Position numbers and translations under genes: made by a program. A stretch of DNA of 51,339 bases, filler included, from Jimgerdemannia flammicorona (Eukaryota): assembly GCA_003990765.1 (NCBI GenBank). It is 2 parts of 2 records of this genome, joined end to end, with 100 filler letters (N's around TTAATTAATTAA, not from the genome) between each part and the next. Parts side by side here need not be neighbours in the genome. Positions count along the whole stretch, not along the records: positions 1 to 25,620 come from RBNJ01000812.1; positions 25,721 to 51,339 come from RBNJ01000813.1. One strand, 5' to 3'. Within the stretch, counting starts at the first letter, position 1; every line of letters begins with the position of its first letter. Below the pieces are notes generated by a model. The model was not told the origin of the DNA, did not search any database, and saw only the letters and a program-made list of their open reading frames with translations. Positions 24,801-35,600 of the stretch are shown here, piece after piece.

Positions 24801-25342
24801 GGGATTTGTATAGACACCAGAATATTAGCTAGGAGAGTATAAGGTACTTAGTAACTTTTGGCTAGTAATTGAAGATCAATTGAGTATTATGTATAGGGGG
24901 GATGGTGAGGAGTCAGTGGAAGGATTTGAGGGATAGATTGGTGGGGGGGGTGGGAAGAAATAGCATACTATAGATTAGATATTGGCAGTTTAGATGGGGC
25001 TGGTAGATCACTGATTGTCTGTTTTTGAGAAAGGGAGATATCTGAGTTTGGAGGTACAGCTATTGAGATAAGAAGGGTTGATGGAGGATGTTATGATGGG
25101 CTGGTGATTAGGTTGGAGTCTGCAGAGTGGTCAGAGGCATCACTTGGTAGAGAAAATCTATAGGTAGAGTGAGGAGAGGGTTGGGGTAGTGGGTGGTAAA
25201 GTAGTCTTCAAGTATAAAAATGTGGGGGGGAGCTACTCTATGGGGATTGAGTAGTGGGAGGAGATATTGTAACAATATCAATAGACTGATAATAAATGGT
25301 AAGGTCTAAGTGACTATAAAAAAAAAAAAAAAAAAAAAAAAA
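18815..25342 (+). mobile_element. Full-length decayed L1-clade LINE copy C with poly(A) tail and probable TSD
   Basis: 5' end resembles those of copies E/F. ORF1 (SFADKV, RRM-like) ends at 20903; ORF2 from 20938 (FSLNVNGL, PQGDPLSP, GAFAD(N)); poly(A) 25318-25342. attactagtataataa (18799-18814) vs attactaatacaataa (25345-25360) fits a 16-bp TSD with 2 transitions. Confidence 0.9.
24089..24749 (-). mobile_element. 5'-truncated LINE copy D inserted antisense into copy C
   Basis: Poly(T) head at 24089-24101. Minus ORF KYWVVWW..DCKEY..PEHWLEE. Flanked by agaagagaaag (24078-24088) and agaagaggaaag (24750-24761). Copy C reading resumes after it. Confidence 0.88.
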
Positions 25343-25444
25343 GAATTACTAATACAATAATATCTTAAGGTCATATAGATGTAATATATAAAAAAAGACT
25401 TTATTTTAGTTTAGAGAAGTTTTAAGTATAAATAGAAATAGTAG

Positions 25445-25620
25445 AATAGGCCATTGACTCTTTGTATTTGAGGAGGGGCAGCGGCTGGGGCTGGGTGCAA
25501 AGGTGTTACGGTGGGAGGAGCTGGTGGGGGATCTGCTGACCGGATGGTGGGTGGGTTGGGGACCTCAGGGAGGGCAACGGCGAGGCTTAGTGATGAAGAT
25601 CTGTGAGCAGAGTGGTGGGA
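25445..25620 (+). mobile_element. Short LINE 3'-region fragment cut by the gap
   Basis: Similar but not identical to the reverse complement of ~25-200; retains several CpGs. Confidence 0.8.
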
Positions 25621-25720
25621 NNNNNNNNNNNNNNNNNNNNNNNNNNNNNNNNNNNNNNNNNNNNTTAATTAATTAANNNNNNNNNNNNNNNNNNNNNNNN
25701 NNNNNNNNNNNNNNNNNNNN
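25621..25720. other. Artificial contig/scaffold spacer (44 N + TTAATTAATTAA + 44 N)
   Basis: Exactly 100 nt, symmetric; the 12-mer contains stops in all six frames. Confidence 0.95.
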
Positions 25721-25980
25721 TATATATCAAAAAAAAAAAAAGTCTATATATTGAGAAGGGTCAAAATAGTACCAATGGACAATTTAACTTAAAATAGTTA
25801 TATTAATGTCCATAATTATTTAAATATAATAAAACACATACTATTCAAAAGTTTAAAGGCTATTTTATTAATATTTAAAATTTTGGTTAAATAGAATTTA
25901 GATTAGAAGTATAATATAATTAAAATATTAATAATAACCAAACATTGGTATACTTTTAACTGTCACTATATTAAGAGATA

Positions 25981-26589
25981 CTATTAGGAGAATATAATGA
26001 TACAAATTGCACAGTACAAGAAGATATAACTGGTGGAAGCTTGGAAGTTCAAGTGAATAAGATGTTTCAGAGATGAATTATCTATTTGAGAGGAAGTTGT
26101 AACAGTTGATCCAAATTAGGAACATAAATCAAAAGAATAGATATTTGATCATAGTATCTGAATCTGATTTCCAAATATAGTATAGTCTTATAAATAATAG
26201 TTATTTTACAAATATTAAAGTTTTGACAAATGTTAAGTTTTTACAAATGTCAAGATTTCACAGATATTAAATCTTGATGATTATTAAAGACTTAACAGAT
26301 ATTAAGAATTAATACTTATGAAAAGTGACTTACAGGAAATATAGTCATAACTTAGCCACCTTATAGCTAGCAAACTTGTATAAATATCTCTAGTATCTAG
26401 AGTGAATAAACCTTAGATTGAAATAGTTCAAAGTAAAGAGAAAGTAAGAGAACTAATAAGTCTGTGGGCAGATATACTTCAAACTCACCCACTCATACAT
26501 CTTGAAAACTCTGTAGAATTAAAGAAGATTAAGTTTTCAAGATACAGAAATCTAACATATTTATACAGTTATATGTCTACTATATTACA
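25981..26589 (+). mobile_element. 3' end relic of the dUTPase-Gypsy family: accessory ORF tail, PPT and 3' LTR (26098-26589)
   Basis: IQIAQYKK..EAWKF matches the accessory ORF end at 29867-29940 (minus). PPT gagaggaagt is followed by TGTAAC...TATTACA, with the U5 region similar to the 469-bp LTRs. Confidence 0.8.
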
Positions 26590-27441
26590 CTATATAAATT
26601 ATACTTTTTTACTTATTTTTTTACTTTAAAGTTAATAAGTTTCAATTTATAGATATTTATATATTTAAAAGATTTTTTTATAAAATTTTAAATAAGTATA
26701 AGTTCTATTAAATTTAAAACTATTGATATTACTTCTTAAAGATCTTTAAAGATATAATTATAATATTTTTTTATAACTATTTTACTCTTTTCTAATATAT
26801 CTTAATAAAGTTATATTTATAATAAAATTTTAAATAAAAAATAATATTTTAATTATCTTCTATAATCTTTTTTAATAAATATTTCTAAGTTATAAAATAA
26901 ACTATAACTTTAAAATTTATTAAATATAGTATCTCAATTATATAAAGTTTTTATAAATATTTTTCTTAAAGTTCTCTTTTTATTAATATTTATTTTATAT
27001 CTTTAGTCTATTCTCTTAGCTTATTAGATTAATTATTAGAAAACATTATTATTTATTTTATATTATTAAAAAAAAGTATCTCTTAATAGTATATATTTCT
27101 TTTTTACTAAAATTAAAATTTATATCATTTATCTATAATATATTTTTTAATAAACATTACTATAATTAATATAATATATAGTATGAAATAGAAACAGAAA
27201 ATAGACATTTGATCATAGTATCTGAATCTGATTTCCTAATTTATTATAGTATAGAAATTACCTTTACTATAGATATTATATTACAAACTTCAGATAGAAT
27301 TTTATATAAGATTCTATCTGAGATATAGATGGAATTCTATTTGGAATTTCACATGAAATAACTTATTACTTAGTCTTATATTTAGTAATAGAATTAGTGC
27401 ACAAATCTGTATAAATAATTTAGTATTTTAGAGTGAATAAA

Positions 27442-27445
<4 letters not shown>

Positions 27446-27496
<51 letters not shown>

Positions 27497-28060
27497 ATAG
27501 ATGGTGGCTAAGTCATATAGTAATAATCTGGACCTATAATTGATAATCCAGTCAGCTTGACATTTAAGTGCTTGATAACATACTATTCTATATTACTTCT
27601 ATTCCTATATAAAAAAGTAATATACATCTATATATTGACATAGGTGTAACTTTAATAACTCTGCTATCTCCTCCTCCTAGTTCTCTCTGTAATCTTCTGC
27701 ACTAAATCTTCCACACACACAGATGCATTGACTAATCAGCTAAAGATACTATCATAGTATATAAGGTCAAATATAGTGAGATTTGAACTCCTGGTAAGAA
27801 AGATGAGATAGTAACAGAAGGCTGAATAGTATAGTAGCTAGTCTATAATATTGAAGTATATGATAGAATAACATATAGTAGTGGGAGTGATCCTTTTCTC
27901 TTATAATACAACTATATCTTCATTCTACCCTCTTCTTCTCCCCTATATCTATTACTACTATTACCACTACTAACTCTATCAATACTATAATACTTGCCTA
28001 TGACTAAGTATATAAGTACAATTAACTATACAAAGTATATAATTAGATGACCAAGAGGTG
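27446..28060 (-). mobile_element. Poly(A)-tailed retroposed insert (probably a 5'-truncated LINE of a second family) with perfect 15-bp TSD
   Basis: gagtgaataaacctc at 27431-27445 and 28061-28075; 39-nt poly(T) head; weak VWKI*CRR motif on the minus strand. Confidence 0.8.
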
Positions 28061-28279
28061 GAGTGAATAAACCTCAGTCAGTTTAGCTCAGTTACTTCTC
28101 CTCTCTCTTTATATGAATTTTGGAATCTACTGTACTTCTAAGATTATGTATCCACTATATTATAACTTAGTACCTATTGACTAATAATTCAAGATAAATT
28201 CTTACAAAATAAAACAACTGCCACTGCCTGATTTTGAAGATATATAGATTACTGTACAGACTATTATATATAATATTTA

Positions 28280-28927
28280 TCTCTATACTATCTGCTGTTA
28301 ATTAGTTATTCTGATTATTAGTCTTATTTCTGTAAACTATTAGTATTGAACAATAGATGCTCTGCAAAAGACTGTATTGTTGAGTTAATAGCTAGGTCAC
28401 TTTTTCAAGAGATAATATTATAAGAATTAATCATCAAATATATCAAACAAACTGCTATACAAATAGACTACTATATGGATATCTAAGAAAACAATATACA
28501 GATCACTGTATAAACTATTGTTATTTGATTTTGAAGAAGACAAAAAAACTACTATATAAAACATCACCCAATTTTTGAAGATATTATTCATCTCTATACT
28601 ATCTGCTGTTAATTAGTTATTCTAGTTATTAGCCTCATTTCTGTGAACTGTCAGTATTGAATAATAGATGTTTTACAAATGACTATATTATTGAGTTAAT
28701 AGCTGAGTTATTTCTTAGTTTAAGAGACAATATTATAAAAATTAATTACCAAGTTACTCCTTAGTTCAAGGGACAATATTACAAGAATTAATTATTAAAT
28801 ATACCAAATAAACTACTATGTAAATAGACTGCTATATGGACTACCACTTAAAGAAAATAATATATAGACTACTATACAGATCATTACTATCTGATTTTGA
28901 AAAAGATGAACAAATCACTATATAAAC
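28280..28927. repeat. Diverged ~310-bp tandem duplication
   Basis: tctctatactatctgctgttaattagttattct begins at both ~28280 and ~28591 and is colinear downstream. The second unit has an extra ~40-bp internal duplication. Confidence 0.85.
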
Positions 28928-29360
28928 AGACTACTATATAGATATAGATGAAATTCTATTTGGAATTTCATATGAAATAACTTATTACTTAGCCTCATAT
29001 TTAGTAACAGAATTAGTATACAAATCTGTATAAATAACTCAGTATTTTAGAGTAAATAAACCTCAGTCAGTTCAGCTCAGTTAAAAAAAATCTTCTTTAT
29101 ATACTCTTCTTCATCTCTTTATATGAATTTCAGAATCTACTTTACTTCTAAGGTTATACATCTACTATATTATATTAAATAAGTTATTAATATTTATAAA
29201 GTATTATAATTTTTATTAAAATATATAATATTTTAAGCTTTTATTATTATATTATCTATATAATATAATAGTTGATCTGAATTAGAAATAATAATCAAGA
29301 GATAGATATTTGATTATAGTATCTAAATCTGATTTCTGATATAGTATATATAATATATAG

Positions 29361-29829
29361 TGTAATGTAGCAGATACTTACTCTTGAAAGTATGTCAGAT
29401 TTCTGTATCTTAAAAACTTGACTGTTCTGACTCTTGCAGAGTCTCTTGAAGTTGCAGGGGAGGGTGGGTGAGTTTGAAGTGTATCTGCCTGCAGGCTTAC
29501 TTAGTTCCTTTGCTATCTCTTTGCTTTGAACTATTTTGATCTGAGGTTTATTCACTCAAAGATACTGGGTTATTTATACAAGTTTTGCTAGCTATGAGGT
29601 GATTACTGGGTTACGTGGCTAAGTTATGAGTCATTTAATACTTTGTGAAATGTTTCGCCAGTTGCGAAATGCTATACTATATTGGAGAGCTCGATCTTGC
29701 ACTTTGCAAAATATTTAGCAAGTTGTGAAATCGAGAACTGTTAACTATGTGGCTATACTGCTTTGGGACTGGGTACGATCAAGTATCTATTTCCTATTTC
29801 CTTCTTCCAAATATGGCTATACCATCACA
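29361..29829 (-). repeat. 3' LTR (469 bp)
   Basis: Direct repeat of 35601-36069 (~25 mismatches by manual count, no indels), preceded on the minus strand by PPT aggaggaagt. Confidence 0.96.
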
Positions 29830-29866
29830 ACTTCCTCCTAAATAGATGATCTCGTCCCTAAAGCAT

Positions 29867-30326
29867 CTATTCAAACTCCCAAGCTTCAATGGTCTGTATG
29901 GTCTTGTATTGTGCGATTTGTTGTATCACTGTTTCCCAATGGTGTTGCCTGACTCAGTCAAAGTCTGAGGGAGTCACTCCTCATAGGTGGGCTAGTGCTG
30001 ATTCATCCTCTTGGAATAGCTTGTGGATTCTTTTGGCAATGGTGATCTAGGAATAGGAGAGCTGGCATTCTGCGATCCAATTTTCTTTGGTCATTTCTGG
30101 GTCTTGGTTGAGTACTTGGCTGAGTTTGAAGTACTCTTGGAATTCATTTCAATGCTGATAGGCCTTGAAGTGTGAGATCCAAGAGATGAGTCTGCATGAT
30201 ACTTTAGATACTGTCATAAGACTCCTCTATGATCAGAGGCTCAGTGGTGCACCATTGTCTCTCGATGGCTCTTTGGGCAGCACTAGTGATCTTGAGTGCC
30301 ATCACAGTACTTTTGTTACTGGCCAT
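29867..30326 (-). pseudogene. Decayed accessory ORF between integrase and 3' LTR
   Basis: ATG at 30326; one apparent frameshift; stops revert to CGA/CAG. Reads QEYFKLSQVL..NWIAECQLS..TIAKRIHKLF..ALAHL*GVTPSDFD..WETVIQQIAQYK..EAWEFE*. Confidence 0.7.
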
Positions 30327-33024
30327 GATATTTCTTGAGTCAGTTTCAATGAATGGTGGTGGGAATTATTGTGCCTGAGGGTTTTCATAGCCAAAAGGTG
30401 GTTCCTTTTATATCTTACATGAGGTAAGGTCCTTTCCACTTGGGCTCCAGTTTTTGTGACCATGAAGCTTCAACCATATTCTGATACACCAGGACTTTGT
30501 CTCCTATCTTGATAATCTCTAAGGGTTTGTGGGTCTTTTCCGCATTCCTCTGTTGTAGTGTCTGCACCTTAGTTATGTAATCCTCAGCCTTCTTTCTGAT
30601 TTGGTGTAGTCTCCATATTTCCATGTCCATATGTTTCCATACAGCATCTCCATTGGATGACAAGGTTCCCTGAGAACATTCTTCTCTGAATAGTATTTCT
30701 CGAGGGGTAAAGTGAGTGCTTTGTGATCAGATATCCCAGAGAGCAGATAATGCTATTGGTAGATAGTGATCCCAGTTCTCATAGCTATCACAGATCTTGG
30801 CAATAATGTTCTTGAGGGTTTTGTTGGTCCTTTCTACTTGTCCATTTTCTTGAGGGTGATATGCTGTGGTCCAAATATGCTAGATCTTGTACTTTTTGTA
30901 GAGAACTTCAAAGAACTGGTTCACAAATTTGGTTCCTCTATCTGTAGTTACTTGTGTTGGGGTCTTGAACCGGCAGATGATTTCCTTGTAGAAGAAATCA
31001 GCGATTGACTGTGCATTGGCTTCTATAAGGGGTCTCGCTTCTATCCATTTTGTAAAGAGGTCTACGATGATGATGATGTATCAGTTGCCAGTCAAAGTCA
31101 AGGGTAGGGGGCCGATTATATCCATTACAATGTGGGTGAATGGTACTGGTTCTATGTGTGCTGATCCTGGGGCTTGATTTTGTTGATCTTGTTTCTGTTT
31201 CTGGCATTTGTCACAGGTCTTGATGAATTGTCTGATATCTTCCTCTATCCCTGACCACCATATTGTTCTCCTTGCCTTGTCATATGTATTCATTCCTCCT
31301 AGATGGCCAAGTTCGTGTACTGATTTCATTGCTTGCTCCTTTTTGTGCTCTGGTATGACTAGTAGTTTTCCTCTCTTCAGTATTTCTCCATCAGTTTCAA
31401 ATTGTTTCCATGTTCTGTTGATAATCATTTGTATCCATTCTTCCAGATGTTGGGGCATCTTTCGCTGTTCCAGATATGTGATAATTCCATAGTAGAGCTC
31501 CTTATTCATGGCGATTTTGTAGGGGTGGGGTCCTTCGGGGTATCCATGAGAGGGCATCTGCATTGGCATTGGTTCTTCCAGAGCGATGTACAATGGTTAC
31601 ATCATAAGCTTGCAACTTCATTATCCATCTGACATAGATCCCTTTAGGTTGTCCAGTTGTCAGTAGCCAGGTGAGAGCTGAGTAGTCCGTTTGGATAGTG
31701 AAGTGTCTTCCAGCCAAGTAGTAGTGGAACTTTTCTATGGCCCAGATGACTGCGAGGCATTCTAACTTGTAGGATTCGTATTCTTTTTCAGCTCCTCAGG
31801 TTCCATGGCTGAGGTATGCGATGACATACTCCACTTTATCTTTCTTTTGAGCTAGGACTGCTCCTAGTCCTTGTGCACTTGCATCAGTCTGTAGGATGAA
31901 TTCTTGAGTCCAGTCAGGTCTTCTGAGGATGGGTGCCTGGGTCAGTCTGACCTTGAGTTCATCAAATGCTTTTTGTTGTCTGCCAGTCTACTGGAACTTG
32001 GTATCCTTCTTATTAATTCGTAGATTGGTCCTGCAATATTAGAAAATCCTCTAATAAATCTGCGATAATAGGAGGCGAGTCCCATGAAGGCTTGGGCTTC
32101 CATAACAGTGGTGGGTCTTGGATATGCTGCCACTGCTTGTATCTTGAGGGGGTCTGTGTGTATTCCATCTTGGTTGATGATGTGGCCAAGATAGGAGATC
32201 TCGATTTCTACAAACTTGCACTTCTTGGGTTTGATGTAAAGGCCATGTTGTCTTAGTCTCTCCATTATCTGCTGTATGTGCTGCAGATGTTCCTCAGGTG
32301 TCTTGCTGTAGATGATTACATCATAGACATAGACCATCATCCAACTTCCCATGTCATAGTGGAAGATTTTGTTCATCATTCGCTGGAAGCTTGCTGGTGC
32401 ATTGCACATCCCAAATGGCATTCGTAGGTAGATGTAAGTTCTGTCTGGAGTAATGAAAGCTGACTTTTCACTTGCCATGTCTGTGAGTCCGATTTGGTGG
32501 AATCCTGAGTATAAGTCCAAGGTGCTGTAGTACTGTGCTTCATCTCCCAGTGTTATGAGGATGTCATTGATGAGGGGCAGTGGTTGGCGATCCTTCTTCA
32601 TAACTATGTTGAGTTTTCTGTAGTCAACACAGAGTCTTGGGGCGAATTCTCCAGGCTTGCTGCCTTTTTTTGGGGCCAGTACAATAGGTGAGGACCAGGG
32701 GCTGCTTGCTTCTTTAATGATGCCAGCTTCTTCCATCTGCTTGATTTCTTCTCTGAGCCATTCTCGGTAGGCTGGTGGGACAGGTCTTACCTTCTGATAA
32801 ATTGGTTCAGTGTCTCCAGTATCTACTTCGTGATAGTAGTGTGGGGTCTTTCCTTTGATATCCTTGAAATCTGTAGCAAGGATATCTTCGAATTCGTGGA
32901 GTATTTTCTTGAGTTCTTTCTTGAGTGAAAATTCATTTCTGATGGTGTAGCTGTGCTTGCTTGTGTTTTCCTCCTTCTTATGCTCAAGTTCAGTGATCTT
33001 GGTGTTGGCAAATACTCCTCTTCC

Positions 33025-33440
33025 TATAGATCCAAATCCTTTCTTTCCTCTTCTTATTTCCTCCAGCTTCTTAACTTCTATGATTTTTGGTTGTAGGATT
33101 GGAAAGATCAACATTTGCGCCAATCAGTCCTTCTTTTTGACTGGAAATGGGATTGTAGGATTGTGATTCCTAGCAATGAGTAGAATTTCTCCAGTGTAGT
33201 CTGAATCGATGACTCCTCCTTTGATTGTAATTTTGCTTCTAGCCAGACTGCTTCTTGTCTTGAGAATTCTGACATGATCCTTTGGGATAGTCATCTCCAG
33301 TCCAGTTGCAAGTAGGGTAGTTGTCTGGGGTTCCAGTACAGTCTCCTCTACTGTAGCGATGTCCATTCCGGCTGCATTTTCTGACTTGTATTCTGGCAAG
33401 ACTGCATCAGGGTGGATCTTTTGAATCTTGATCTTGATTT
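33025..33440 (-). pseudogene. dut: dUTPase domain within Gypsy pol
   Basis: All five trimeric dUTPase motifs in order: AGMDI, TRSSLA, GVIDSDYTGE, D*LAQML (CGA>TGA), RGKKGFGS. Confidence 0.95.
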
Positions 33441-35580
33441 CTCCTTCATCATCACTGTCCTCCAGGAGAGCTGGTGGTTCATCATCTTCCTCCTTCTCTT
33501 CTTCCCTGATCTGTTTTTCGAGAGCTTTCTGCCTTCCTTCCTGGTGAATCTTCCTGATTCTGATAGTGCACTGGTAGCAATCATTGACGTGCTCCATGCA
33601 GTACATCTTGATCCCGTGAGGACAGACTCCTTGTGGGGCATAACCTTCTGTGATCTTCTTACACCATTCTTCTTCACTCATCCATCTGACTTTCTTCTTC
33701 TTTGGAGTAGTTACCATATAAGCTTCCTCTTTCTCGCTCTCTTCTTCCTCCATATCAGGCAGGACTCCTTTGTTGACATTGATGGGAATTCATCCTGGTA
33801 GGTGATCTGCATCTTCTGGGCATTGAGATTAATTACTGCCTTGGCTTTGTGAAGCCATTGATTGCCAATGAGGATGTCATAGTTGGTGGCATTGGTTACA
33901 ATTACATCTACTGGGATGGTTGCTCCTCCAATCTTGATGGGAATGTCTCAGATCTTTCCCAGAGGTGTGGCTCTTGTGCCATCAGCTGTGACGAACACCA
34001 GCTTAGTTACTTCTTCTACATCCCAACCCAGGTGGTCTGCTGCCTTCTTGCTGAGGAGACATCCTCCTACTCCCATATCAATGATGGTCTTGAAGATTCT
34101 ATCTTTGATTTGGCATGTTGCATATGCAGAGGTTTTGCGATTGTCCTCACTTTCTTCTCCTGAGTTCTCTTGAGCATTATTGGCCTTGGTTATCTTCCAT
34201 CCCTGTTCCTTAGTTGTTTCGGCAAGTCCAAACCTCATTTGCTGTCTGAATGTTGGGATTTCTGTAAGCTGACCAAAGGTTGCATTGACCTTTTATTGAC
34301 TGAGGTCCTTGAAGATATCATACTTGAAGGTCTTGGTCTTGTGAAGCTTCTTCTCTTTTTCTCCTTCACTGGCTAGAGTGGTTCCTCAGATAATATCTTG
34401 AACTGCTTGCTCCAGCTCTGTATCTTGGTCCATCTCTTTGGCTTGGCTTTCTGTGGCAGTTTCCATCTGCTTTTCCACTGGGTTCTTCTTGGGTCTTCCT
34501 GGTGGTCTCTTGTAGGGCTCTTTGCGAGCATCCTTCTTGGTGGTCTGAGCAGGATAGGCCTTCCATTCTTCTTTGTTGGAATCTCCAATCTCCTCGAAGG
34601 TAATTGTATTAGCCTGCTCCTTATTTCATATAGCATTGCTTGGTTGAGCCTTGCGCTTGGTTTCACTCATGCATTCATAGGAGTAGTGGCCTTCTTCTCC
34701 ACAAGTATAGCAGGTGCCTTTCTTCTTGTCTGAGATGGCGGTGAACTTCTGGACAGGGTGGCGGTCTCTTCCTCAAATTTCCTTTACCATGTCTCCCAGG
34801 TGGGCAGTCATTTCAGCAAACCTTTTGATGAGTTCCTCCATAGGGTCACTGTTCTTTTGCTGCTCTATAGCTTTTGGCTGTATGTGTTTCAATTGATCAT
34901 TGTGGTAGAGATCACACTGGTTGTCTTAGGTGCCTCGATTCTGACTCCTGTGACCCTTTCCATTGTATGGTCTTGTGGATGTCTGGCTATCCAGTATCGC
35001 TGAGCATAGGTAACCTTCTGTGGCAGATCCAGAATCACTGGTAATGAGCGGATGGCCATGGCTATTTCTGGGTGAACTCCTTTCATAAAGGTTGCCTCAA
35101 CTACTTGATCTCGGATAGCAGCAGCATAATCTGCAAGAATTATCTGATATCGAATTCTGGTATAGAATGTGTTTGGATCCTCGCTCATTCCTTAGCATAT
35201 TGTATTGAGCTGATCCTTCAGGGCTTGCTTGATCTCATCTGTATAATATGTATTTCAGAGCCAGGTCTTCTGTGCTGTCAGTATAGCATCAGTATCATTT
35301 CCTGCATGGGTTGCAGCTGTGAATGCTGCTCTGGCAGGGCCTTGTAGGCTGAAGAGCATGAGGGCTACTTGCTGTGCTGCTGTCAGGGTTCTTACAGTAG
35401 CATACTACTTGAAATCATCAATGAAGGTGATGATTGATTCGTCTGAGGTGTACATATCCATAGAATACTGGTGGTCTTATATCCATCTTGTCTGGGTATT
35501 GGGGCTTGGTTTATATGGTTGTTCAGGTGGTGGCAGTTGTTCGTTGTTCAGCTTGAAAGTGAGGGATTCGTCTTGAATCA

Positions 35581-35597
35581 CCAGCCAATGGGCACCA
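35581..35597 (-). promoter_or_regulatory. Primer-binding site TGGTGCCCATTGGCTGG
   Basis: Starts with TGG 3 nt inside the 5' LTR end; decayed equivalents at ~28166 and ~36430. Priming tRNA not assigned. Confidence 0.75.
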
Positions 35598-35600
35598 AGT

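Larger units (their letters stand above)
27180..29175 (+). mobile_element. Short non-coding LTR element related to the dUTPase-Gypsy family (LTR-PBS-internal repeats-partial LTR)
   Basis: LTR sequence 27330-27445 + 28076-28165 is repeated at 28945-29175. Decayed PBS acttagtacctattgactaa at ~28166. The internal region is a tandem duplication with no recognisable coding relic. Confidence 0.6.

Noticed and set aside
28200..28940. CRISPR-like or satellite array
   Set aside because: Only two long diverged units; no short repeat-spacer periodicity, and the context is eukaryotic.
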